Positions 39,069 to 51,400 of a stretch of DNA of 64,000 bases are shown here, in pieces. This DNA comes from Geosiphon pyriformis uo1. Its lineage: Eukaryota; Fungi; Glomeromycota. A program made the position numbers and the translations under genes. The number at the start of each line of letters is the position of its first letter. Within the stretch, counting starts at the first letter, position 1. Under the pieces are notes generated by a model. The model ran no database searches. It had not been told where the DNA came from and was given only the letters and a program-made list of their open reading frames with translations. Location: positions 62,001 through 126,000 of the forward strand of contig JAAOMT010000073.1 in NCBI GenBank assembly GCA_016748015.1, in the 5' to 3' direction.

Positions 39069-39725
39069 ATGGACACAACAGGAAATATCAGAAAAATGAA
39101 GATTACAGACAACATTCACTCACTAGCACAACAACTTTTTTAATTAATCCAACACCAAGAAATGGAGATTACAATCAATCAACAAACCATTCAATATCAA
39201 GATACTAGAAAGACATTACAACACAGAAAACAGAAAAAACCAGAAAATACCGTCAACAAAATCATGGCAAAAGTAAAATTAGCAATAAAAGAATTGACAA
39301 AAGAGTCAATATATTAAGAGTTGACTAAAGAAACTTGGAATTGGTGGACACAACAATTTTCACAAAACTATTGTTATTTTTACTTGGGACAACACGTAAA
39401 TATCTAGAATTTATATACAGATAAAACAAAGCAGTTATTCAACACAATAATATTACAACAACTAGAACATTTTGTAGAGAAAAATAACTTATCCACACAA
39501 GCTCGAGCTATATACTGAATACACACAGCATTTTAGGATTGACCAGAAATTTTACTCAACAAAGCAATGGATATGGTTACCAGTAATCAATTGGGAAAGA
39601 TCATCAATGCTCAATTTGAAAAATTACAAACTCAAATAACACAAGTAATTATTGAAAACAAAATCCAGAAAATACTTCAAGAGGGGAAATTAACAGAGTT
39701 GGATTTTGACAAAGCTCAATATTAA
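39069..39725 (+). pseudogene. ORF3 of B1 (not in ORF track because of internal stops)
   Basis: Hand translation MDTTGNIRKMKITDNIHSLAQQLF...QLGKIINAQFEKLQTQI aligns by eye with family-A ORF3. Confidence 0.72.
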
Positions 39726-39738
39726 AAGAAGGGAATAA

Positions 39739-40618
39739 TGTTACTTATAGAAATATAGGAAATATAGTAGCATGATTATTAGCCAATCAGAAGTAGACAT
39801 AGTAAATGTGGAATTCCAGGATTTCTCTCAGAAATTGCAGGATTCCAAGAATTACAGAATTCTCATACAAAAAATTGCAAGATTCCAGAATTGCAGAATT
39901 CCTCTCAAAGAAATTGCAAGATTCCAGGAATTCCAGAATTCCTGTCATGAAGAATCGAGGAATTGAGGAATCTCAATTATGTATATATAGCAATAGTGTT
40001 AGAAACTAAAAAGACAGACCTCTCAGTTTAGATTTGATCTAAGCAACCTTACAGTTCCCAATTATCAAATAAATAATTATTTTATATCTCAATCCACTCT
40101 CCACTATCAACACTTCATGTTGATAGTAATTGATACTTAACCATACTGGAACAATAGCTCTTGATCATGGCTATTGATGGGATACTAACTTACCAAATTG
40201 CCTTGGCTTATTTTTTTTATTTCATTTTCTTTTTTTTCTTTTTTTTCTTTTCTTTCTTCATGTTGTTTTGTTGTTATATACTAATTGATTAAGGATTAAA
40301 AGTGCTGAGTTATTGACATCATGGATAGCCTGGTAAAAGACCCAGAAATAAGGGTAGAATTTTATATATTATTAGATAGCTTACTAGAAGGGCACAACTG
40401 CCAGACTAAATCTGGCCTCCATGCTGAGAAAGAAATTGGACAGAATTGTGATTCTGAAGACTATTACAAATACCATTGAATCTCTGTTCATTATACAAAG
40501 AACTCCATCAAAACCTTCAGATACAATACTTTTAGAATATCATTAACAGAAATAGCTTTTGAGCACCAAGTTATGGATTTGTTATTTGCCTTGAGACTCC
40601 AAAGATTCAATTATAACA
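39739..40618 (+). repeat. 3' LTR of B1
   Basis: Direct repeat of 30438-31317; preceded by PPT AAAAGAAGGGAA; CCAAT box AGCCAATCAG 39781-39790. Confidence 0.95.
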
Positions 40619-40725
40619 ATGCCAACAAATTATATTATCCTGTTTTGCAGGATTGTTTATGCCTTTTATATTGCACATGGCAATCTTCCAAACTTAAACA
40701 TTCATTGAGAAATAAAGGCAGCCGA
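40619..40725 (-). pseudogene. LINE-2 ORF1 end / ORF2 start (APE N-terminus)
   Basis: ...SAAFISQ* overlapping MNV*VWKIAMCNIKGINNPAKQ. Confidence 0.85.
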
Positions 40726-41669
40726 TATTACCAGAGGTTTTTGGTCTCTTTTTTTAAATGTTATTAATGTCTGTTTGTTTTAAATTCATGTTTTTTAGAA
40801 GTAGTTAAACCTCTAATAACTGAATTTATCTTCAAATTATTTTTTATAATTTAAACTGCTGGGCTTATAAGTGGAATGGCCAATTCTATACCAGTTACTT
40901 TGTGTAGTTACATTATAGTAAATGTCAACTCTTTCTCAGGAATTGTTTGTCTGGAAGCTTACTAAAAAATGTGTAGTTACTTTGTTGTGAAAGTCAACCC
41001 TTCTACAGAAATTTTGTCTGTAGGCTACCCTAATGATTTGTAATAAGAAAATAAAAGAAAAATAAAAGAAATGTAAAAGAAATAGAATTTTATCAAGGAA
41101 AACATTTTCTATCCAGACCTGGAGTTACTAACAATTTATTGAAATTGGTAGCTAATCAATTTCAAAACGTTAGTTGTGTTGAGGGAATTTCAAGTGTAAT
41201 AATTTAAAAATTTGGTTTTCGAATATTTGATTTTTATTTGATTTTTGTAAAAAGTGATTTGTTCTAATTAAGATATGAAAAGAATATATTTTCTTGAAAA
41301 GAAAAGCTCTTTTTTTATACAACTTGTTATAGTACTAGTCTTTGAACTTGCACTTTTCTCTTTTCTACAATTTGGGTGAACTAAAGATATATTTCGGCAA
41401 ACTACAAGTTATTTTTACAAATTATTAATTATTTCGGCAATTTTTCTATTAATTGCAGTAAATTTTGACTATATTAAATGGTTCAGGGTATTGTGTAATT
41501 TGATTATCTTAATTTCTATAGTACAAATCGAATTATTGATTGAGTAATAATATTTGATAATTTGGTTAATTAATAAGTGATAATCGAAATGATAATAATA
41601 TGCTACTTAATAATAAGAATTATGAAGATAATTTCATGCTAATTAATAGTTAAAATTCTACTGGTAACA
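40726..41669 (-). repeat. Family-A solo LTR in LINE-2 ORF1
   Basis: LTR homology; TSD CCGA (40722-40725) / CCAA (41670-41673). Confidence 0.92.
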
Positions 41670-43602
41670 CCAACAAACTCAAACCTGAGCACAAATGGTC
41701 CAGTTTTTCCAAAACAGACTCAACCAAAACCTCCAAAGCCATTATTTTGGATTCCAAACCACCAATTTTGGTAGTCAAAATTTTAGAACTACTTGGACTT
41801 ATGGTGGTAGCTATATCATTGACAACCAGAGAAGAAGAGGTGTAGACCATAGATTTACCATCCAAAACCATATCCAAATCCAAATCAGGAACCACAGTCA
41901 CAGGAATCTTAGAAAGAGAAACACCAGATGCAACTGCCAAGTGCATCAATTCCAAGGAACCCAATTTTACCAAAATACCAGAAACCTGGTTAGCCAAAAG
42001 TTCTAGAGAGTATTTCAGAAAAGCCAAACAACCATACAAATCATGAATACCAGGCAGAGCAAAAGCAAATAGAGAGTTTTTAGTAGTAAAGAATAAGATG
42101 GCACCAAGAGAGCAACATGAAAAAAAAAACCACCAGCTACTTAAGCCCAAGTTTTACCACCAAAAGAAACTAAACATGCAATAGGAGCTTGCTTTTTCTT
42201 ATAAATACCAGATCTTGATCAGTCACCACCCACTTTTTATGAATCTCAGAAATCCCATCAGACGAACACACATTAGAGATGTAACCAAATTGTTTACATT
42301 TGGTGCAACAAGCCAAGGAAAAACCAGTCCATTGTAAACTTGTACCCTTAAAAACTGGGACAGATCTAATTGCAGCCAACTTGAATGTTTCATTAATGAA
42401 ACAAATTACAGCACATCTGTTATGGACATAAGAGCTAGGATTGCAACCAATAAAACAGGTCTTCTTACCATATGAATCAAGCAAACCAGACAAATCATGA
42501 GCAGTAATGCCAATTGGTAAAGTATAAAGCAAGGCCCTATGCTGATCCCTGAGCACTCAAGATTGTTTATTCTTAACAGCCAATGCCACCCACACAGAGT
42601 CTTTTCTCATAAGAACAGACCACTTAGAGACAACTAAACTAGCCACCTCCAATGAGTCAAACTCAACCAAAGCTTTCTGCCACAAACCAATCAATTGCAT
42701 TTTAATCGACATAATCTTACCAAACTTAAAAAAAACTGACTCAACTGCTGATCTGGGAAGATCTACTGGAATTTTCTTAACAATTATTTCCTGATTTGAA
42801 TGGATGCCTAACTTTCTAATATTATTATTTACTAAAATTTTCCCATGAATCATTAGTTCCTTAGTTTTGTTAAGACTTAACTCAGAAGTAAAGGAGAATT
42901 TGATGATTTCTGGAAATTTTGAGGGAGTAAAAGCTCCCTCAAAATCATCCACTTGATAAAAAATTTTTTTAATTGAAATCAATTTCTCATTGACATTTTT
43001 TCCTGGAATAGTCACAATCTCAATATCCAATGCGAACAATTTTACTGGCTTGAAGCTCCTCTTTTTCAGACCATGTGACTTGGCACTTGACAGCTGATTG
43101 GAATCTTGAAACTTGGGAGACGGGAGTTCCAAAACATTGTCGATGTTACTCATAACATTGAAAGAAGGTTTTTTCAGTAGTTGTTCTAGAACATACATTC
43201 TCATTTGTGTCTTCTTCGAAGTCGTGTCATCCACCATATTGTCAGTCTTGGAACTGTTAAAATCTACATAATTTGTTTCTTTTGCCACCATGTTACTCAT
43301 GTTTTTCAAGTTAAACACCTCACTAATACTAGCATCTTTACTAATACTAGCATCCTCACTCTCCACTTTACTACTCCAAAACACCTTTTGTTCTAAATTG
43401 CCAGCTTGTAAAATGTCGCCAGAAACAGAACCAGCCAACAAATCTATTACACCACTAGTAGTTTCAGGAGTTTTAGATTTTTTGTATGAAGACCACAAGA
43501 GTATATGCTCTCAACTTGCACTTTCTTTTTATTATTAGACTGGATTCTCAACTCAGCCAAGACAGAACTAGAACCACCAGTAGAAGAGCCCACTGGTTCT
43601 AT
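41670..43602 (-). pseudogene. LINE-2 ORF1 (RRM-like segments, decayed CCHC knuckle, C-terminal coiled-coil-like stretch)
   Basis: VKKIPVDLPRSAVESVFFKFGKI...KALVEF; CTKCKQFGYISNVC; lies upstream of ORF2; probable ATG>ATA at 43602. Confidence 0.78.
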
Positions 43603-43702
43603 CACGACAAAAGAAAGAAAATTGGAAGAAATAATTAGAAAAATTAGAGAGTAAAAAGAAAAAAGACTAATTAAGACTTCGATAAAATTATGCTCTTGTC
43701 AT

Positions 43703-44680
43703 TGTTACTGGAGGTTTTTGGTCTCTTTTTTTAAATGTTGTTGATGCCTGTTTGTTGTGAATTCACGTTTTCTGGATGTGGTTAAACCTCCAGTAACTGA
43801 ATTTATCTTTAAATTATCTCCTATAATTTGAACTGCTGGGCTTATAAGTGGAATGACCAATTCCTTGCCAGTTACTTTATGTAGTTACATTGTAGTAAAT
43901 ATCAACTCTTTCCCAGGAATTGCTCGTTTAAAAGCTCACTAAAAATGTGTAGTTACTTTGCTGTGAAAGTCAACTCTTCTACAGGAATCTCATCTGTAGA
44001 CTACCCAAATAATGATAATAAAAAAATAAAAGAAAAATAAAAGAAATGTAAAAAAAATAGGATTTTATCAAGGGAAACGTTTTCTATTCAGGCCTGGAGT
44101 CATTAACAGTTTATTGAAATTGGTAGCTAATCAATTTCAAAACGTTAGTTGGGTTTTAGAAATTTCCAAGTGCAATAATTAAGGAAGTTGATTTTTGAAT
44201 TATTTGATTTTTATTTCATTTTTGTGAGAATAATTCTAATTCACAAGTCTCAAGTAAGATATCTAGAGGTAAGAATACATTTTCTCGAAGAGAGAAGCTC
44301 TTCTTTTATATAACTTGTTGTAGTACTAGTCTATAAACTTGAACTATTTTTTTTACTATGGTTTCGATGAACTTAAGATACCTTTCAGCAAACTTACAAG
44401 TTATTTCTACAAACTATTGAATATTTTGGTGAACTATTAATTATTTTGGCAAATTTCTACAAATTTCGGCAAACTTTTGAATATTAAATGGTTTGGAGTA
44501 TTGTGTAATTTAATCATCCTAATTTCTATAGTACAAATTAGGTTATTAATTGATTGATAATATTTGATAATTTGATTAAATAATAAGTGATAATTTGAAT
44601 GATAATATATGCTAATTTAATGGTAGAAATTATAAGAGTAATATTATGTTAATTAATATCTCAAGTTTCAGTTGGTAACA
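43703..44680 (-). repeat. 3' LTR of A3
   Basis: Direct repeat of 53496-54473; PPT adjacent. Confidence 0.95.
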
Positions 44681-45368
44681 TAATCTCCTCCTCAAGACTA
44701 AGCTCTGTTGAAGTCCAAGTACTGTCTGCACATTTCAGATAGTAATCCAAAATTACTGAAGAAATTTGGTTTGAAAATTGTTGAAATTTCAGTTCTGTGA
44801 GTTTCCCAATGTATTGGATCTTTAGTGGTTGTAAAATTGGGTTTTGTAAGATATTTTCACAAGTATAAAATAGGTTATAAAGTCTAAAAGCTGCTTTAAG
44901 TTTGTAGCAACTGTTTGTCGGTCCAGCCATTGTCTTAAATTCATTGTAAAGTTGTTTCTGAATGGCTTCTTTTGTGAGATTGGCTGTTATGAGTTCTAGT
45001 TTTTGTTCATGTAGTGTTTTTTCAATGTGAAAATATCTATAGATTGGAGGGTATTCATTGTTTTCTTCATTAAGACACTGTTGAAGTTTTTGTTAAATTG
45101 TGGCATTTGGTGGAATGTCAATAAGTGGAAGCAACAAATTTTCTCTTAAAGCAAGCTTCAAAAGTTCTGGTAGGTAAATTCCAGAATAACTTCTAGTGTT
45201 TTTTTTATAAGAGTGATAATTTTGTGATTTTGGGAATAAGGTTGTGGCTGTTTCTGTTTGAGTATAATTAATATGTTTTCCTGTAATAGTAATAGATAAT
45301 TCAGGTATTGTTTTTAAAGCTAACATTAGTTTTTGGGATAATTGTTGAATGTTTTGTGGAATAGTCAT
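44661..45368 (-). pseudogene. ORF3 of A3
   Basis: MTIPQNIQQLSQKLMLALK...LEEEIMLPTET*. Confidence 0.8.
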
Positions 45369-45487
45369 TATAATAATTTTTAAGAAATTAAAAATTTTCC
45401 TAAGTAAAATTATTTTTGGGTATATAGATTTTTATGTTATTTTTGTAGGATTGTTTCTGAATTTTTATAGGAGAATAATTATAGTAA

Positions 45488-48400
45488 TTAAGTGTTCAAG
45501 TTGGAAGATTGTTCAATGACAACTATTGGTTCCAACTTTCAGGGAATATTTTCAGGATTAATTAAAGAAGAATGTGTACCAATTTGTGAGATTAATGGTT
45601 TAGGATGTGTTCTGGAGTGATAATGTTTCAATTAATCTCTATGTGCAACTTTTGCTAGTATTTTCTCATCAAAACTTAACTTGTATGATCCATTTCCTAA
45701 GATTTTGTAAACAAAGAATGGTTCATCCCATTTATGTTCAAATTTTCCACTCCATTGTTTTTCAGCCTTAGTTCAGTGTAAAAGAACTTTATTTCCAACT
45801 TTAAATTCGTTTGTAACTGGTGGCAGTTTGTTGTCATATCTTTTTTTTTGTTGGGCTTGTGAATTTTTAATGTGGGTGGCTGCTATACATCTTTTTCCTT
45901 TTAAAGTACTGAGAAGAGTATAAGCTCTTCACTGAACTGTTTTTTGTAAGTTTTCTTCTATGATTGGTTGTACTGGATATGTTTCCACTGTGAATTCAAT
46001 TGGTAGTTTTGCTGTTCTTCCATAAGTAAAGTCAAATGGTGTGTGTTTTGTTGTATCTTGTTTTAGTGTTCTATATGCTAGTAACACTGATAGAATAAAG
46101 ATATCCCATTCCTACTCAAAATTTGTTGAGACTTTGACTAGTGATTCACACAATGTTCTGTTAAAATATTCCACTAATCCATTTGTTTATAGATGGTAGG
46201 GTGAAGATAAAGGTCTCTTGACATTAAATCATTCACAAATTTCTTGTATCAGGTTGTTCACAAAATGTGTCCCCTGATCAGATAAAAGTTTAATTGGGCA
46301 TCTATGTCTACAAATAATGTCTTCATAGATAAAATTTGCTACTGATTTTGTATCTGCTCATTGAATAGCTCTGGCTTCGGGTTATTTGGTAAGATAATCT
46401 ATTGCTATTGCTATGTATCAGTTTCCTTGCGTGGTAATAGGTAGTGGTCTGACTAAATCGATACCAACTCGGTCAAAAGATTGTCCAACTTTAATTGGAT
46501 TTAAAAGTTCAGTAGGGCATGTTCCTTCTCTTCTTTGACAACTATCACAAGATTTAACATATTGATGTATGTTTCTTCTCATTCAGAGCCAAAAATAGTA
46601 TTCTAGTGTTTTTTGGGTGGTGTTGTCTTTTCCAAAGTGTATTGATGAAGGATCTGAGTACATGTTGTATAATATAGTCTCTTTTTCGTGTTCTTGTATT
46701 AATCTGAATGGTTTGTCTGAGTTTTTGAAATTTTGATAATAAATAATATTGTTGTGTAGGAAATATTGTCTGGCTTGTTGTTGTAATTGATGGTTTTCAT
46801 CTGAAGACCAATCTGTTGGGATTGTTAATGTCTTCAAATATTGTTTGAGATTGTTGTAGTCTTTTGAATTCATTGTTTGTTGGTTGTTAGGTTTGAGTGT
46901 TGATTTGTGTTTTCTAATCTTGTCTCATTCTGAAGAGACAGTCAACATTGGTGTGGAGTTTTCTTGGTTTGTGATGTACTATATATTGGTAGTTTGCTAA
47001 AAATCCTGTCCATTTGGTTTGTTTTGCATTCAACTTCATGTTTTTGTTTTGTAACCATTTGAGTCCAATATTATTAGTAATAATATCAAATTTTTTAGAT
47101 TTGAGATAAAAGTCAAAGTGGTGTAAGACCCATATTACTGCTGCAGTCTCTAATTCTGTTGCTGGGTAGTTTTTCTCTGCTGGTTTTAATGTTCTATTTG
47201 CATAAGCAATTACTTGTTCATTGCCATTGTCATCTAACTGTAATAAAATGACACCAAAGGCAGTATAAGAGGCATTTGTGGCTAATCGGAATTGGTTGCT
47301 AAAGTCTAAGTAGGCAATGTTACCAGAGGTTTTTGGTCTCTTTTCTTAAATATTGGTAATGTTGATTTGCTGTGAATTCACGTTCTCAGGAAGTAGTTGA
47401 ACCTCCAATAACTGAATTTATCTTCAAATTATTTTCTATAATTTGAACTTGCTGGGCTTATAAGTGGAATGGCCAATTCCGTGCCAGTTACTTTATGTAG
47501 TTACATTGTAGTAAATGTCAACTCTTTTCCAGAAATTGCTTGTCTGAAAGCTTACTAAAATGTATAGTTACTTTGCTGTGAAAGTCAACTCTTCTACAGG
47601 AATCTTGTTTGTAGGCTACCCTAATAATTGTAATAAGAAAAGAAAAAAAATATAAAAAAAATATAAAAGAAATAGAATTTTATCAAGAGAAACGTTTTCT
47701 ATCCAGGCCTGGAGTCACTAACAGTTTACTAAAATTGGTAGCTAATCAATTTCAAAATGTTAGTTGGGTTTTGAGGATTTTCCAAGTGCAATAATTTAAA
47801 GAATTTGGTTTTTTGAATTATTTGATATTTATTTCTTTTTGTGTGTATAGGAATGGTTTTAAGTAATAAATCTAAAGTAAGATACATTTTCCAGAAGAGA
47901 AAAGCTCTTCTTTTATACAACTTGTTGTAGTACTAGTTTATGAACTTGCACTTTTTTCTCTTTGCCCAAATTCCAGCAAACTAAAAATACATTTTGATGA
48001 ACTACAAGTTATTTCGCTGAACTATTGATTAATTTGGGTGAACTATTCATAATTTCGGCGAATTTCTGTAAATTTCAGCGAATTTTTGAATGTTACAAAG
48101 TTCAGGGTATTGTATAATTTGATCATCCTACTTTTTGTTATACTAATTAGATTATTTTAATTGAATCGTGATATGTGATAATTGATTAAATAATAAATGA
48201 TAATTTGAAATGATATTAATATACTAATGAATTATAGAAATTATAAGGGTAATTTCATGCTAATTAATAGCTAAAATTCTACTGGTAACAGCAAGAATTG
48301 GAGCTGTGGTGAGCTTTTTTTTGAGTATTTTGAAGACATTTTGGTGTTCTTCCATCCATTTGTATTTGGTGTTTTTAGTGTTGAGCTGGTTGAGAGGTTT

Positions 48401-51400
48401 TGCTATTTCTGAAAATCCTTTGATGAATTTCCAATAATAAAAAGCTAATTTAACAAATTCTCTTAATTCTGTAGTATTCCATGAACTTTGAAATTTTTAA
48501 CAGCATTGATTTTTCTTGGGTCTAGTTTGACTCCTTCTCCACTAACTATGTGACCAAGAAAGGCCAAGCTTGTTTTTCCAAAATGACATTTTTTGATGTT
48601 TAATTTTAATCCTGCTTTTTGTAATCATTGAAAAACTTCTCGCAGGTGAATTAAATGAAGTTTGAAAGATGGGAAATAAACGTTAGTGTCATCAAGATAG
48701 ACAACTACTGATTTCCAAAGGAGTTCAGCATATACAACATCCATGAGTCTTTGGAATGTTGCTGGCACATTACATAATCCAAAGGGTATTACATTGAATT
48801 TGTAGTTTCCTTCTTGTATTGTAAATGCTGTTTTGGGGCAATCCTTGGGATCCATGGCAACTTGCCAGTATCTGCTTTCTAAATCTAATGTTAAAAAGTA
48901 TTTGGATTTTCCAAGTGCATTTAACATATTATTGATTTGAAAAGGGGGTAGGCATCTCCAATTGTGACATTGTTTAGTTGTCAATAATTAACACAAAATC
49001 AGATTTTTCTGTTTTTCATTTTAATAAGTACTACTGGTAAAGCCCATGGGCTTATTGATGGTTAGATGAGCCCATTGTTGAGCATTCTTTGAACTTCTTC
49101 TCAAATAAATTAGTGGCTTCTGGAGCAACTCGGTATGCTTGTTGTTGCCTAGATTTGGCGTCTCCTGTGTAGATTTAATGTTGGACCAAATCAGTTCTTC
49201 CTAAATTGTTATTGTTTTTGGCGAATATGTCTGCATATTCTGCAATTAACTTCTTAAGCTGGTTCTGTTGTTGGGGCTCTAGTTGTCCCATGTTGATTCG
49301 AGATAATTTTTCAACAACAATGTGATAGTTTTCAGAACTGGGTTTTGGGTTTATTTTGGGGAGAGAATGTCCAATAATTTCTGAAAAGTTAAAAACTGTT
49401 TGGGGTAATTCTTGTTAAAAAATATTACTGTGAATAATTTCGATTTTCAAATTATTTAATAAAATGATGAAGTAGTGGTTGGGGTTGTAAAAAGTGACTT
49501 AAATTTTCTTCATTCCTTTTGGGATGTAAATGTTTGGAATTAAAATATCATGTTTTGTGCAAATTTGTTTATTGAATTCGAAGATTTGTTGAATGGTGGT
49601 GGGTTTCTTGCAGGTATAGATTTCATGATGTTCTCCAAAGAGTGAGATGGTAATTGGTTGTAGAAGTCTGAGAATCTGATGAGATTTATTCTGTGTGTTA
49701 AGAGCTATATTAACTGGAACTGTAAATCGTCCAGTTGAACCAAAATCTTGGGTTCCTCTATTGCTTTTTCCTAATTGTTCTCTTTGATTGACTAGTTGCA
49801 AATCCAAAATATGGATTAGGGGTAGGTAAATAGCTTGAGCAATATTTTCAGCATGTTCAATCTTAAATGGTTTGTCAGTTTAATTTTGAAGCATTACTGT
49901 GATGTTTTCAGTATATTCAGCATTGATAATTCCTCCTTTTACATTGATTCCTTTGCTTGCCAAGGAGAATTGGGAGGCAATTTGTATTATTGCTCTTGGC
50001 GGAATTTCAAAAGCAATTTTTAAGTTGATTTTTGTAAGAGATTTTGGTTGAAGGATAAGAATCTCTTTTTCTGAGTATCTTAAATCATATTTAGCATCAA
50101 TCTTATGGGCTTTTTTGGGCTTGATTCCCTGTCCTTTATTGTTAAAGTATTTAAGTGTTATGGCAGACTGATTCTCAGTGAAGTAAATAGAAATTACTGG
50201 AATTTCTTCCTTTTGGGTTCCGAATTCAATTTCATTCTGGTCATCTTCAATTAGTAGGGGAATACTAAGAGCATAGCATTCGGAACACCACTGTTCATCA
50301 CAAGACATTATGCATTCTTCACATAGTCTAATGTTTATTTGCTTTAGTCATTGAATTTGAGCTTTTTGGGTCAAATAGATGTGATTTGCAATTTGATGAT
50401 AGACTTCTACTTTATCTTCATAATCAAATTCAGCTAATTCTAAGGTGTATTCAATGTATTCTGCTTCTTTCATTTAATGAACATCTTCTTTGGCAGCTCT
50501 ATTAACTAATGTCATTGCTAGGTCAAAAATTATCTTAGCATCATGGGGGTAGTAATAAAGTTTGTTGAAAACACTGTTGTATGTTGCATCAAAGGGTGTT
50601 CCTCTTTTGACTTTTTCTGAAATTGATAAAACATATTGGCAGGTTTGATCACAGACTCCTCCTCTCATTGCTACATTAATTCAATTGCATTCTTTTGGTA
50701 GCATATCTCCACAAGTCAAACAAGGGGTGTTGTCCCATTTTCTACTTCTTTTTATTAGATGGTTCCATCATTTTCTATGGCAAGCCTTGCAATAATAACA
50801 AGTATGATTTTTATATTCTTCTTCAGGTAAAATGCAGGCTCCCATTGATGAAAGTTTTTTGTTACAATCTCTGCATTTAAGTGGAATGTAGGGTGATTGT
50901 TTTCGTAGTTCTGGTGTAAAATATCTAACTTTCTTCCATTCTCTTGATTCTTCAAAGATTTTTTGTTTTGTTTCTTCAGCCCAATTGGATGTTGATCCAA
51001 GAGCCATGTAGGTTTCAGTAAGTGACATTTCTTTCTTTTCTTCAAATTCAAGTATTGGAGCTTTTTCTGATTGTTTGTTGAAAGTTCCATATGTAACAGA
51101 TACTATGGTGTGTTATCCTTGATATGAGATTTTTAATTCTTGAATTTCCCAATCTAAATTTGCATTGGTCTTGAGAAGCCAATCATTTCTGATGAGAGCT
51201 TGGTATTGGGGTGCATCCATGACTAGGACTTTAACTGAAATAGTGATTCCATCAATGGTGAATAAAAAATTATCAATTTTTTCTACTGGTGTTTTCTTCA
51301 TACCATCTGCCGTAATGATAACAGTTTGAGCTGGTCTGTCAATAGTTTGTTGAAGCTGTTGCATTAATTGGTAGGTGATAATACTTCCAGCAGATCCATT

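Larger units (their letters stand above)
30438..40618 (+). mobile_element. Ty3/Gypsy family B element B1, complete and gap-free
   Basis: Two 880-bp LTRs, PBS, PPT, perfect TSD ATGC (30434-30437, 40619-40622). Confidence 0.96.
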
